Assembly: GCA_013239625.1 (NCBI GenBank)
Contig: MU053561.1
Location: 4,403,992-4,467,991, forward strand
Source of the DNA: Lama guanicoe
Lineage: Eukaryota
Direction: 5' to 3'
DNA length: 64,000 nt
Below, piece by piece: positions 37,816 to 51,501 of this stretch. A program made the translations under genes and the position numbers. Within the stretch, counting starts at the first letter, position 1, and every line of letters begins with the position of its first letter. The notes under the pieces were generated by a model. The model did no database searches. It saw nothing but the letters and a program-made list of their open reading frames with translations, and was not told the origin of the DNA.

Positions 37816-38637
37816 AAATAAGCATCATTTAAAAAGCAACCATACAAATTTTGTCTACATTTTATGCATAATTTGGCACATATTTTAATTAATTTTTGAC
37901 ACAAAGGATAAATGTGATGTGCAAGTAAGTTATCAAGCATAATAATTATTCATCACCTAATTTAAGAATCAGAACATTACCCATACTTCACATTTATGTA
38001 TTTGAGCTCCTCTCCTCTCTCCCTACCCCTCTGCTCTCTCTTTTTCATAGTTTTATCACATGTAAAAAGGCCTAAAATATGTATATAACCCTAAAGGGAC
38101 ATTTTTTAGTTTTGTTCCTTTTTGAGCTCTATGAAAATGGTATCAGACTGTAAAGTAGTCTCTTGGGATTTGATTTTTTCCTGCTCGTTATGTTTCTGAG
38201 ATTGATTTTGTTGTATATAGTTGTCATTTGTTTTCATTATACAAGATTTCATCTTGTGACTACAATATATAGTTAAAGGATACATACATATAAAATGATA
38301 AAAATATACATTTTAAAAAATCCTTGCTAATATCTGACTTAATTTTTAATTCTCCCTCCATCTACCTCATTGATATTAGAAATATTTCACTGTAAGCAGT
38401 CATATTTCATATTCTGCTGTTTGCAGTTGTCTCATGGCAACTTTCAGAGTGAATTAAGGAGTATTATCTGCTAATCTTCATAGTGGGAAGCAGGTGATGC
38501 TTTTTCTTTTGTCACTCCAAAAATGCTAAAGAGGCGGTAGAACCTTCAGGGTTTCAATGAACTACAATTCACTCAACATTTCATCTAGCCTCCTAGAAAT
38601 GGAATTCTGTATGTTATTGATCCTAAGATTCATTTTT

Positions 38638-38864
38638 TTAATTGACATATAGTCAATTTACAATATTGCGTTAATTTCTGGTATACAACACAGTGATTCA
38701 GTTATACATATATATAGTCCTTTTCCTATTGTTTTTCAAAGCATTGAATATAGTTCCCCATGCTAAACAGTAGGACCTTGTTGTTTATCAATTCTATATA
38801 TAGTAGTTAGTATCTGCAAATCCTGAACTCGTGATTTATCCCTCCCCACCCCCTTTCTCCCCTG
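38638..38864 (-). mobile_element. Short LINE-1 3' end
   Basis: Antisense L1 tail; perfect 15-bp TSD CTAAGATTCATTTTT at 38623-38637 and 38865-38879. Confidence 0.85.
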
Positions 38865-39134
38865 CTAAGATTCATTTTTATTTCATATTTCAACGTCTCT
38901 GAAATTGGGATACGTCTTACACATCTAGGGGTTGTGGTGTGGGTGATTCCAAGCATAAGCAAAATAGATTTGCATTCCTGGTGGCATGACTGGACAAAGG
39001 CAAGCTCCCGATATTTTGGTCAACAAGCTAAAGACTATCTGAGAAAGGAATGGGGGCTTAGCAGTTTTCTATGAACTTTCCATTAACACTTCTTACAAAA
39101 TCAAACGTGCCAGCCTAAGAACTTAGAGTATGGC

Positions 39135-39575
39135 TGTATTAATTTCCTGTTGCAAATCACCACAAATTCAGCAGTTTAAAGTAACACCTCCACTTACTAT
39201 CTTTATGGTTCTATGGTTCTGTAAGTCAGAAGTCCATGCAGGGCTTAACTGGGTTCTCTGCTGAGGATTTCACAGGCTGAAATCAAAGTGTCACCTGAAG
39301 CTAGCATTTCATCTAAGGCTCTGGGCCTTCTCCCAAGCCCATGTGGTTGCTGACACAATTCATTTCCTTGCCAAGTGTAGAACTCATAGGCCTTCAAGGC
39401 CTGTTTTCAAGGCCAACAGGAGATCATCTCTTTCACTTCCCATGTCTCCCACCTCTAGACTCCCTTTTAAGAGCTCACCTGACTAAGTTAGGCCCACACA
39501 GAATAAGCTCCCTCTTGATTAACCCAACTGATTAAATATCTTATTTACATCTGCAGTGATCCCTGTTGCCATAAA
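39135..39575 (-). mobile_element. MaLR LTR (MLT1-like), followed by an old L1 3' piece to about 39940
   Basis: tgtattaatttcctgttgc...caggctgaaatcaaagtgtca...ttacatctgca. Confidence 0.65.
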
Positions 39576-41355
39576 GGGAAACAGATAAAACCAAATTGAG
39601 GGATGTTTGCAAAATAACTGACCAATATCGTTTCAAAGCATCTAGTTATGAAAGACAAGGAACAACTAAGGAACTGTCATAGAATGGAAGAGACTAAGGA
39701 GACATAATTAAATGTATGGTAGGATCCTGGATTTGATGCTTGGATGGCAAACGAATATATTAGAGGAAAAAAACCGATGAAACCCAAATTAATTTTGTGG
39801 TTATTATTATCACATCAAGATTAATTTCCTAGTTTTGAAATTTGTTCTATGGTGTGGTAAGATTAACATAATGGAAAACTGGGTGAAGGATGTATAGGAA
39901 CTATATTTCTAATTTTGTAAGTCTAAAATTATCTCAAAACAAATATGCATTCTCCTGATTTCTAATAAGGCTGAACATAATTTCAATGTTTATTTGCCTG
40001 TACAGGGCTTTTTAAAAATATAAACACTCAAGTCTTTCCTCCATTTTCCTTTGATTTTTTCTTATCAATTGATATGTATTAATTTATTATATATTTATGA
40101 TACAAATACATTGTCAGTTTTATATTTTGCAAATATATATTCTCCTAATCTGTTGATTTATTTTTCTATGCTGCCTCTTGATGTGTGGCATTTTTAAAAT
40201 ATGTTCAAACTTATTACTAAAAAGAGAATCAGAAGAGTTGGACTTTGTAAAGAAGTTTTAGGAATATCTTAATCAATTTACTTTGCTTATGTATTTTTTT
40301 AACTTTATATACACATAAGAGTGACACATGATTTAAAAAAAATAGGTAAATAAGTTTTAAAGAGCTCTTTTCATAAATATAAAATTCTAAGTAATAAAAG
40401 TAGTCATAGTGAAAATGGCAACATATTTTCTTCTTGCTGGTACATAAATGATGATGTATCACACAATCAGTATTGCCTTCGATTTAATTAAATAACTGTA
40501 ATCCATTCATTCAATGATCATTCATTAAGTACTTACTGTCCTAGGTTTAGGGGGTACAATGATGAACCAAACTGAGAACTGAAGCTTATGTTACTGTTCA
40601 GGAAACAAGGTAATAAACAATTAAATTCATAAATGTGTTAATTTGGGATAGCAATACATGTTATAAAGACAATAAACAAGCTAATATTATTATGGAGAGT
40701 AATGGTGATAGTAGGTACTTTTACTTCAGAAAAGATCTTTGTGAGGTGATAATATTTGGGCTGAAACATAAATGATGAGAAAGTGCCAAATATGTGATGA
40801 TTTGGGGAAAGAGCATTCCAGGCAGAGGCATGAGTCAAGGCAAGGATTCCGAAGTAGGAGCAAATTTGCCATGTTGGAGGAACCAAAATGGCAGTAGAAA
40901 TGAATCATGGTGAACCAGGGGTTAGAGGCTTAGTGGGGACTAGGTCATTTAGGGTCTTGTAGGTCACTCACTATAAAAGTGTTAGATTTTATTCTGAGTG
41001 CAGCTGGTTTTATTTTTAATTAAATTTAAAATAGGCTTTTGTTCCACGATTCCCTCTGGTGATTCCCAGAGCTAAAAATGTTATGCTGATTACTCTTAGT
41101 GCAGCAGCTTAGCACGTCCACGTAATTCTTCCATTAAGTGCAATGCTGACATTTTAAAGGGAAGCATTATATAAAGCTTTTGCCTTATTCTTATTTAAAG
41201 AGTATTCTAATATTTTATTACATAATTGTTATTCTTATATATTATTGTCATTTAAACAATCATTTTAACTGTTTGGGGTTGTTAATGAATAAAAAGTTTT
41301 GGATTGTAAAGTTCTAGGAATCTTATTTACATTCTTTTGTAAGTAATTATTCTTT

Positions 41356-41548
41356 TTTTTTTTAAAGTCATTCCTTTTTTTTTCTTTACATTTTCTAGGT
41401 GACTTTATTTATTTAGGGTTTTTCTGGGGGGGGGTTAGGTTTATTTATCTATTTATTTATTTTTGGAGGCAGTACTGGGGCTTGAACCGAGGACCTTGTG
41501 CATGCTAAGCACACGCTCTACCAATTGAGCTATACTCTCCCTCCTTGG
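41356..41548 (-). mobile_element. tRNA-derived SINE, camelid Vic-1 type
   Basis: Reverse strand GGGAGAGTATAGCTCAATTGGTAGAGCGTGTGCTTAGCATGCACAAGGTCCTCGGTTCAAGCCCCAGTAC; perfect TSD AAGTAATTATTCTTT at 41341-41355 and 41549-41563. Confidence 0.85.
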
Positions 41549-43869
41549 AAGTAATTATTCTTTATGAAAGTTTTTGCTCTAAATTGTATTTTCCTGTTCT
41601 GAAATCTTAACCATCCGCAATTATCATAATTTTATAAAAGAAGTTCCCATTAACTTCCCAGGATAGGAAGGATAAAATGACAGAATAAAAAGTCCTTAAA
41701 TCTTGTAGCCTTACTTAAAAAAAAATCTCTACATTGAACTAATTTTTATCATTCACAGAGAACTGACAAAAATCTCATCCATCGCTGCTCAAGAAAACCT
41801 TATAAATGCATAAAGGATACTTACTCTTGATTCTCAAGTAGACTCCACAGAAATGTGCTTATGATAATTCAGAGAAAAAAACACACAACCATAATCAATC
41901 TTATTGTCTATTTAAGCGTCTCAGAAAGAAAAATCAGAATGATAAACAACCAAAAATAATTTATGCAATTTTAAATTCTGATGATTATTCCTTAGTAGAC
42001 TAAATATCTTCCCCAAACTCATGACTAGCTATTGTATAGGAAATGGTTCCCCAAGTGACTTGACAAGTTTCTACTTTAATTAATTTTGGTTTAAAGAAAT
42101 AAGCATAAAAGATACTTACATTCTTTTGTTTTTTTAATTTGATTTCAGAATTAATCTAAAAAGTATTATTGCCTTAAAATGTGACCTTCTTAAAATGAAT
42201 TCTACTTCTGTGGGTGGTACTTGTAGAAAGAATAAATCATTTAAATCAAATTACTCCATCTTTTACTTTCTTAAATGCATTAGAGCTAAAATGTATGCTT
42301 CTGGGTTTACACATATTTGCATTTTGTGTTGAATATAGATTGATACTAATTATGGATCAAGAAGGAATTTAAAGGCAATTGAGACATATCAGAATGAGGA
42401 TGATGAAACAGTTATAGTTTAAGAAGGTCTTTAGAAGTTATGTGTGATGGTAGAAATAGAGACTTTATTCTTATTAATAGGAATTGTATTTATAGAATTT
42501 AGTGAGACCATTATTTTTTACATTTCCTATTGCTGTGATATTTGAGAATGCGTGCTCTTAGACCTAATTCTACTTTTAGCCCAGCTTCACATGACCTTGT
42601 TTCTACTGCAAGAGCCCAGAGCAGTTTCTCTGTAACATTAGAATATCCAAACTAGATCCGTTGCTGGGGAGAAGAAATTTCAGATTTAAGAACTGGACAG
42701 AGGAAACAAAACAGCTAGTTTGATGTATCTACATTCTGTACTTCCCAACAGAACATTTTACTTTCTAACAGCTTCTCACACTGTTGTTCAGTGGTATTCA
42801 TTCAACAAGCTTTTGACAGTTGTCTATGCCAGGCACTGTCAGGAACCAGCGATGCAAAGATGAATGTCACGGGCCCTGTTCTAAAGTATCACTAATCAGT
42901 ATAAGCTAGTAATTACAACAGAGTGAGCTATGAAAGCACTGAAAATGAAGCACATATCTGTGCCTGGGAAAGCATGGGAAGGCATTAGAGGCAGCTTGGA
43001 GGTGGTACGGAATTAAACCAACAGCAACAGAGGTGGAGAGAAAAATCTCTAAACATCAGAAGTAGGATACTGCCTCCTCCTATAATTCAAGATGATTTGC
43101 TCAGAAGTGAAGGTTATACACTCTCATAACACTGTGCACCTTTCCTTCATTGCATTTATTTCAATGTTTATGTTTAGATTTTGGTTTTTGTGATTACTGA
43201 ATGATGCTAGACTGAAAGTTCTTTGAGGACAGAACCATGTCCATTTGTCGTTACTACTATATACACCCCAGCGATGACTTACACAAGATGTCGGACAAAT
43301 ATGTTGAAAGGGAAAATGAAGTGGGTGGGAGAGTGCTTAGGAGAGTGGCTGGTTGTTTTTCATCCAAAATTGTCAAGTGAAAGAGCCACAGAATCTGTGA
43401 AAAGCTTTCCTCTCACCAGAGGGGGCTGCTCTATTGTTTGGCAAGGGATAATTCAGTGAACTTTTCTGTGGCTCGAATTAACCATTTTCCTGTTTCCCTC
43501 CTTTTCCCGTTGGATGAATCATCCATTTGCCCTGATTTCAACCTTTTGGTTATTGATTCATCCTCTTTGATTACCTGATACACTATGAACTGGTAACTAG
43601 AAAGGTCAGGTGAAGGAGTTTGTTTTTTGATGATTATGCCGCCTTGCTCACTCTTGTGAGCAATATAGCTTGTGGGAGATAAAGCTCTCACTTAAGGCAT
43701 CCAAATTATCTTGCTAAAAACCTAACTCTATGCTAATGAAAATTCCATTGTAACGTAGTAGACAAGAGAAAGAAACCTTGCACTGTTTGTAAAGAGAAAC
43801 TGGAGTTGGGAGCTTCTGGATTATCGCTGGGAAGAGAATTCCTTTCTATGACATTCCTGATATGCCCTC

Positions 43870-44930
43870 CAAATTGCTCGCCTTGAAGGTTTACCCCGGT
43901 CTCGCTGCCTAAAGCGTATTCAGATTGGCAAAGATCAGAGACGCCGAAAGTCACACGCCACCCCGCCCCTTGCGTCCCAACAGAGTCAGTAAACACCGAG
44001 ATCGTTTCCCGCAGTTTACGGGGCAGGGAATATAGGAAAACGCATACACCATCTTGGTTGAGGTTAAGCGAAGCGCACTGGCTGGCGTCACTCAACACTC
44101 GTGCGCAGGCGTATTAGGGATACGCTCCACCCCACCCCCTCCCGCCTGTGCACGCGCTCGGAGCCCGCAACTCTCGCGAGAGAAGCGAGATTTATTCCTA
44201 CGTACCGGGCCGTGCTGCTTATGGCGGCGCTGGAGAGGGGGCGCTGAGCTGTTGGGGTGAGTACGACCTCAGGGTCCAACTAGGGGTAGCAAGAAGCCAG
44301 GCTAAGGGCAGATGAGAAGACCAAGACAAACGAGAGAGGCTTCTGAGTTAGGGTGGGCACTCCTAGAGCTCCGGGTAAGGAAGGTCTCACCGTGAGTTCC
44401 TACCCTGGGCTTTTCCACGAGGCGCCGGTTCAGCTGTCTAGGCCTCACGTCAGGCTGCAGAGCCGAAGCGAAGAGTCGAGGCCAGGCGGCCACGCGTGGT
44501 GGTGGTAGAGGTGACTGAAGTGGGGGGAGGGAGCGAAAATGGAGGCTCCGACCGCAGCCAAGATGGAGGTAGGGGTGCGGGGCTTGGGCGCGGAGGCTGC
44601 TGGGAGTTGTAGTCTGGCTCCTTCCTCCTCTGCGGCTTGGTGGGGGAAACGGGAACTACAAGTCCCGGCGGGCGGGGCGAGGGGGGTGGTGGTGCGGTCC
44701 TTTGTGTGAGACTGGAAGAGCCTGAGGGAGAGGAGACGGGCCTACTTTTACTCTGGACCCGATAGTTTCTTAGCCGTCCCCTACTTGAGGACCTGACTAC
44801 GAGTACCAGAGCGCAGTGCGGTAGTGGCGCCTCCTTTGTGTATGTGCTGAGACCCCGCTCCGTCTAAGTGCCTAGAGACACCTCTTTTCTTCGGCCACAT
44901 CTTGCACAGTAGCGCGGCCGAATTGTCATC
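43870..44930 (+). promoter_or_regulatory. CSDE1: CSDE1 CpG-island promoter; TCTCGCGAGA element (44172-44181), YY1-like ATGGCGGC (44221), paired ACTACAnnTCCC sites (44602-44613, 44655-44666)
   Basis: High CpG density and the listed motifs read directly. Confidence 0.8.
44165..44256 (+). other. CSDE1: CSDE1 exon 1 (non-coding; start approximate)
   Basis: Ends CTGTTGGG|gtgagt, a strong donor inside the CpG island; resembles the recalled CSDE1 mRNA leader. Confidence 0.8.
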
Positions 44931-47165
44931 CTTCCATTCACCTACAGCTGTCTATCTTGGGTCTCGACACCCAGCCTTCCTCTAAATCTTCCCTTCGGTT
45001 TCTTGAGAAAAGGAACCAGCTCCCTAAATGAACTTAGGCTCATGGCTTTACCCTCTCTGTCCTGGGATTAGGGCGAACTCTGTTATGTGAGAACCCAGTG
45101 GCGTTCTCCTGACCACCTCCTCCGATTCTTAATGGTGCAAGAGCCTGGCCCACATTGTGCAATGAACGGCTTGGCTTCGTCATTCTATATAGAATTAGTT
45201 TTTTAGAGCCCTGGTCGGAGACACTTTCGAGGTTTTTACTATCCGGTATTCCATCAGTACGAAATCTTAATTCCACGATTCTTTTTGCTTTTAAAATTTT
45301 CCTCTAGAAGCACCCAGATGTCTCCTTTATTGCTTGACTCACAAGTGAGGCAGGGAACACTCTCTAAAACAGCCTTCAGTCTGCAAATACAAAAATCTGA
45401 ACGTTGTTATGCGAGGTAATTTCCTTGTTTTGCACCTAAAATGAGCGAAAGAGTGTGATCGTCTTTAAACAGTTGGGAGACAGGGTGGAGAGGGAGGGAG
45501 GATGCCCAAAGGCACTGTGATAGGCAAATCTTTAAATCTATATATATCCTGTAAAAGATTTAGTTTTTTATCAGAATGGTACAAACTGACAGTTCTTGTC
45601 CTGAGCTACCAACCTATAAAAATGTAGGAACCAAACTGTAGTCCACTATTATAAGTTATTCTATATCAAAACGCTGAGTAATTTTCGAGTTTCCAGAAGG
45701 TAAGCATTTTCAATACTACGTTGAGGGGCGATATAATACCTTGATGCCCTTTTGGTACTAACCAATATTGGGTATTCTTGATGTGGGTGAGGAGGGGTTT
45801 TATATACTTGAATAGGCATATATGCCTGAGTCATAAAATCTTGATAAATTTTCAGCCTTGTTTCTTTTTTCCTTTTAGCCATAGGCCCAAAATAAAAGAG
45901 ATGGTAGTGGTTTGAGTGATTTTGCAGCTGCTTTGGATGTTTACCATCTAGATGAGTATTTATAGCAGCTGAGTTGAAAACTAAAGTATTTGAGGCACAG
46001 AAGATAGGTTTCCTCTTTTTGTAAATAAGTTCTGACTTAACAAGTATGACCTTTAGAGTATGGTTGAAAATTCTGGTAAATTCCTAACAAATCAAAAATG
46101 AGAATGTGAAAGCTGACATGTAGTCCTGCTTTATCCCACTCCTGTTTTCCTCTCCCTCCATCTGAAGACACAATGCAGGGCCATACAGCATTTTAAAATA
46201 CATATTTTCTTTTAAATTGTGGTAAAATATACATAACGAAATTTTCTGTCTTAACCTTCTTTTGAAGTGTACAGTTCAGTAACATTAAGTTCATTCACAT
46301 TGTTGTAAGGATCATACTTCTCACAAGGTAGTTGAAACAGATGGCCATGTGGACAGATTTTTAAGGAGTTGAATTTGAGGACTGCATTACAAAATAAAAA
46401 TTTTGAGATCTTGTTAAATAAATACATTGATTTGCCTTCTTGGTTTAGTCTTTTCAAAAAACAGAGAGGAAACTACTTTGAGATCTTTGACCCAGACTGT
46501 CTCATGGAGAGCTGTAAAACTTGTAGGATTTTTCATAATAATTACAGCTAGAAGAATTGTAACTATTTTTTAAGACTTAATAGCTAAAATGTCTTCAGTG
46601 TTGAAACTACTGTGGTGAGAGTGACTTGTTTTCTTGAGTCCCATCATTTCTTGCTGTTAAATGCTTTCTGTCAAATCAGGATTTTAAAAAATTCTGTTGT
46701 CTTTGTATTAGACTGTTTTCCACTTGCATGTGTGAGTACCTAGTTAAAAAGCAAAGTAAATCATAACTTTTTTTCGGTATGTACTGCCAAGCCTGAGGAA
46801 TTCTGACATGTTTCTGTTGTGCTACATTCTTTTATTAGGGGTATTAAGCTGAATATGGTACACTGAATGATTATTTTTAGAGCATTCTTATATGTTCTTT
46901 TATGCTGAAGTAATACATTAGTGTGTAGTTGAAAATAAAATAACCAGCAATTTATTTACATTGAACCAGTAGGCCCTCCATTGATTGGTACTTACAGCTG
47001 GTACATAGCCAGTTATTTGCACTTCTGCTTCTCAGATGTAGTAAGTACAAACTCCTGCTATGGTCAGGTTTGCTAGATACTGCCTCCTTGAGTGAAAGTC
47101 TTTGCCCAGGGGCCTTACATACACTGTTGCTTTATTGGGCAAGCCAGTGCCACCATCAGTCTGTA

Positions 47166-47491
47166 CCTGCTCTGGTCAATGTGATAGCCACCAGCCTTGT
47201 GTGATCATTCTGCACTTGAACTGTGCACAATTCTGAATTGAGGCGTGGCGTTGGTGGTATAGTGGTTAGCATAGCTGCCTTCCAATTCTGAATTGAAAAT
47301 GTTGAGGATTTTGAGGAATTAAAAAAAAAGTCAGTTAACCTGTGAGAAGTGATGACATTTTGAATTTACTTGGTTAAATAAGATACTTAATTAAAATTAG
47401 TTTTGCCTGTTTCTTTCAACATTACTATCATTACTAGAAAATTTTAAATTACAGATATGGCTTGCACTGTTTTTTCTGTTAAACAGTGCTG
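47166..47491. mobile_element. MER3-like hAT element, host of the tRNA-Gly half insertion
   Basis: ctgctctggtcaatgtgatagccaccagcc...cacttgaa and ttttaaattacagatatggct...aacagtgctg termini. Confidence 0.6.
47248..47285 (+). pseudogene. tRNA-Gly(TCC) 5'-half tailless retropseudogene
   Basis: GCGTTGGTGGTATAGTGGTTAGCATAGCTGCCTTCCAA = first 38 nt of tRNA-Gly-TCC; 14-bp TSD CAATTCTGAATTGA at 47228-47241 and 47283-47296. Confidence 0.92.
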
Positions 47492-50400
47492 ATCTATACT
47501 ATTCTCTGGTTTGTGTGTCTGTAACATTTCTTTAGTTTCCTCCTGCCCTGGCATTTGTCCTGTTTCAAAGTACTAGTATACGTAAAAGCAGTTAAGTGAT
47601 GAGTGGGTATATAATTTTCAATATCTTAGTAATTAACAACTCAGTACAATTGTTATTACTAAAGTAAACATATACAAAAAAGATAGTTGCAACAATTTCC
47701 ACTCAACATGGTGATGACTTAAACTCTTTTAAGGTGGTTAATTGTCCAAACTGTATCATTTTCCTTATATCCCAAAGTAAAAGTGAATTAAAACCTATTA
47801 GGCACTTAAGTTACACAGGTTAGAGAAAAGTATGATATGTCTTGATTTAATACATCAAGAGATATGAACTGGGAAATTAAGGCAAGAATGAATATTATCC
47901 ATAAAAATTACCAGTAGAGAGCCTTTTCAGTCCCATGCTACCTATTTAGGTCTTTTCTCAAAGGAAGAAGTACTCGGAAGAAAGTGGGTTAGGTGGAGAC
48001 TTTTATAGACTGGTTTAACATTTCATTAACATTCTTCCCAAGTGAATGCTGTACAGACTTTGAGAATAATTTGTCAAAATGATAAACTGGGTTATATGAT
48101 ACATTTTAGATGAATTAACACCATATAATTGTATTAGTTCAACATGTATTAATTTAATGCCTACTGTGTGCCTGGCTTATGCAAGGCCTTTAAGATAAAG
48201 CAGCGAACTGGAGGAAACAGTAAATAACAAAACAGGTGATCATAATTTTAGGACAGGTGAAATGGAGCATGACTGTTTGGATTATCAGTTCAAGTAAAAG
48301 GAATTAGGCTTTAACTCCTAAAACAGCATGACATAATAGTTGATAATTAACTTACGGTGATAGTGTTCACCTACTGAGCAAAGGGAAAAGGAGTTGATTA
48401 TTAAGCAATCGGGGAGAATCTCAGATCCACATTTAAATTGATCGTTAGTTTTTTGATTAGTACTTTGTAGTTCATGTGACTTAAGAAGTGTCTAGCTTTT
48501 GTAGGGGATGTAGGGGATGCACTTAAGTTCAGAAGGTTAAAGCAAAAGAATTTGTCAGTATTACCCATGAATGTTAATTTTGGCATGAGTGGATAGCCAA
48601 TTTATTAATATGCCCAGTGGGTATTTTTTAAAAGAAGAGGTTACTTCTTGATTGGATAATTAAGACTTTATACAGTTAACCAAAACTTTTTAACATTGGT
48701 AGAACTGTTTGCCAACTTGAATTGTGTCTTTTACCTATTACAGATTAATTATCTTTTTGCTATATTAGTTTCTGCTGTGGTTAAGTTTAGCAATACTGGG
48801 TTAGGTATTAAAGGGGGCTGTGATAAACGAATAAACTTGAGTTTGTCTTTCAGAAATTTGAAATATAATTGAAAGAACAAGATACATAAACATGAAGTAA
48901 GTAAAGTACAGAAATGATTTGGTACCAAAAAGAATGATGCAGACAGTGGGAATTAATGCTTTCCATGGTGAAAATTAAGATATTAAATCTGTGCTGAAAT
49001 GCTCAGGAAAGGCTTTTGGGGGGGGTCACATTGAAGATGGCAGAATATATCTTTGTGGACAGATGCATATGCACAAAGACTAGAATTCAGGAATCTCCCA
49101 AAATTTGTGTTTAAGAGTTAGGAAAATGCACCTATCTAGAAGAACTGGACAGCAGTAGAAGATAAAGTTGGAAAGGTAGAATAGAGACATCTTGAATGGT
49201 GATTGTTTAACACTGACTGCAAGTCAGAAACACCTTGGGGTGGGGTAGAGGGAGAAAATATACCAATGCCTGGGACTTATTCCCAGTTAGATTAGAATCT
49301 CAGGGTGGGATCCAGGCTTTGTTTTTGTTTTGTTTTGTTTTTCGTTTTTTTTCATTTGCCCAGGTGGATAGGATGTGCAGCCAGGATTAGGAACTTCCCA
49401 TTTAGAGTGCTGGAAAAATCACTGAGGATTTTGGACAAGGATTGAGATGAATGAGATGAAATTGGAATTTTAGATAAATCAGTCTGGTAGTGTTATGTGA
49501 CAGAAAATGGAAAGGGCTGACACTAGAAATTAGGTGTGTCAGACACCTGGTCCAAAATTTGATGTCATTTAGGACCAAAGATATCTTGAAATGTTGATAA
49601 GACTTGCAACATCGAGTGTGGAGGTGGAGAGGGAGGACTCAGAGACCATTACAGAAGTGACCCGACATCAGGCAGGTTAAATTACTCTTTGGGGAGTGGG
49701 TATAGGTATTTCTTAAAGCTTCCCAAGTGATTGGAGATCCACTGCTCTGAGTATCTAGTCTGGGTAATAGAATGATCCAAATAAAAGATCTGACAAATGT
49801 CACATTTGATATTTGAAATAACAGTATAAAGTCATGGAATGTTAGATAAAACCAATGGCTACAGATCAGCTGTTAATAAAATAAGTTTTCGTTTTGCATA
49901 GGAGAAACTGAAACTCAGGGAGATTAAATATAACTTGTTTGTGGCATTTTACTGATAAGCGTCAGTGTGATTAGAATTGAGCTCTCCTACTCTTAAGTCA
50001 TTTCATCAGCTCTGAGTAATCATTTTTTATAGCTAATACAAAGCACAATTCTGAGGTTTTGTTTATAAATATATTTCATTTCTCTTCCCTTCTCATCTTA
50101 ATTGTTTCTCTTCTATAGACATTTCTCATCTGTTTATGGCAATAGCTCGAATGAGATGTCTGTTTCCTTCACTAAGTCATCTCTCATAGGATTTCAAGAC
50201 TTAATACCCTTTCATCAAGAACTAGGTTCTCTGTTTCCTGTTATATCAAGTTGAAGTGCTTCATAATCTGGCTCTGCTGCACCTGTCACACTATATATCT
50301 CATTTCACTTTAACCCAGCCCTAGCTAGTCTATTGATTCCTCTGAAACAGCAAGCCATACTTGTTGCCACAGTCACTCATGCAGTAAAGCTCCCTTGGTT

Positions 50401-51104
50401 CTAGGCATAGAAAATCATATACATGATCTCTGCTCTGAAGGAACTTAGAATCTAGTTGCATACTCTGGCTTGGTTTATGTGATAATTTCATGCCTGGACT
50501 GCTCAGCTGTTTTCTTTCTCTGAAAAATCTGCCTTTCTCCAAATTAATACTCCACCTCTTATTAAAAGCCTTCTCTGATCATACTTGCCATGTTGCTTTG
50601 AGGCACAGACAGTGGTGAATAAATAATAAGTAATGTATGTAGTATAGTGTGTGACACAGTACATACCCAGATATTAGTTGAGCAGGTTAATTTTTGGCAT
50701 TTTATCCTATGTTCTGTTTTTTCCTCCTTGTATAACTCTTCTCAACAAGAATGCAGACTGATGGCAGGAACTTCTTCTATATTCTCCACAGTACCTAACA
50801 GAGTGCTAGATAGTTGCAAAACTCTTATACTAAATTGACTATTATGCTGTGTAACTTAGAGCTTATTTAGGGGAAGGGGTGTCAGTAAGGACTATGAAAT
50901 GATTTCTGGTATTGAGTGTGTAGTACCAAAGGAAATACCTGTTAGCAGTTGAGAGATTGCTCAAATAACATCAAATGTGTGTGCTTCCAAGTTTCCTGTA
51001 GTGCTTGATTCTAAGTTAATGAAATGAGCTTACCCCCCCACCTGCCGTCTGTCCCTGATTCTTTTATGTAAGTTGTAGTTAATATCTTTGTTTTTTATCT
51101 CTAG

Positions 51105-51501
51105 TATGAAGTGTAACAGAACATACTTTACCACCTGAAACTGCTGCTTCAAGTTCAGATCAGGCAAGGAACAAACCTCGAAACAACCAAGACCAAAGAA
51201 GAGTACACTTAAGTTGAAGACACAACACTTGATCTGAAACAAGAAGTTTGTGCCTACTCAACAGCTTTCAAAGAGCACTTCCCGACGCTGCTAGTAGTCT
51301 TTGTTTTCTTCAGTGCTGTGCTGTGAGATTGCCCGGTGCAGCAGCAGTTGTATTCTTTATTAGCTTCATAGATCATTTTCTCTCGCTCTCTCTCTCTTTT
51401 TTTTTTTTTAATACTAGCAACTTTCATTCTTTGAAACGTGTGCTGAAAAAGAAGAATCAGCAAATACTACTGAAAGTGCAATATTTGATTATCACTGCGA
51501 G
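51105..51501 (+). other. CSDE1: CSDE1 exon 2 (non-coding 5'UTR; UNR IRES region)
   Basis: ctctag|TATGAAGTG...CACTGCGAG|gtaggt; internal CT-repeat/poly-T tract at about 51376-51409. Confidence 0.85.

Noticed and set aside
47248..47285. Functional tRNA gene call (also at 31740-31783)
   Set aside because: T-arm/B box and 3' acceptor strand are missing; treated as retrocopies
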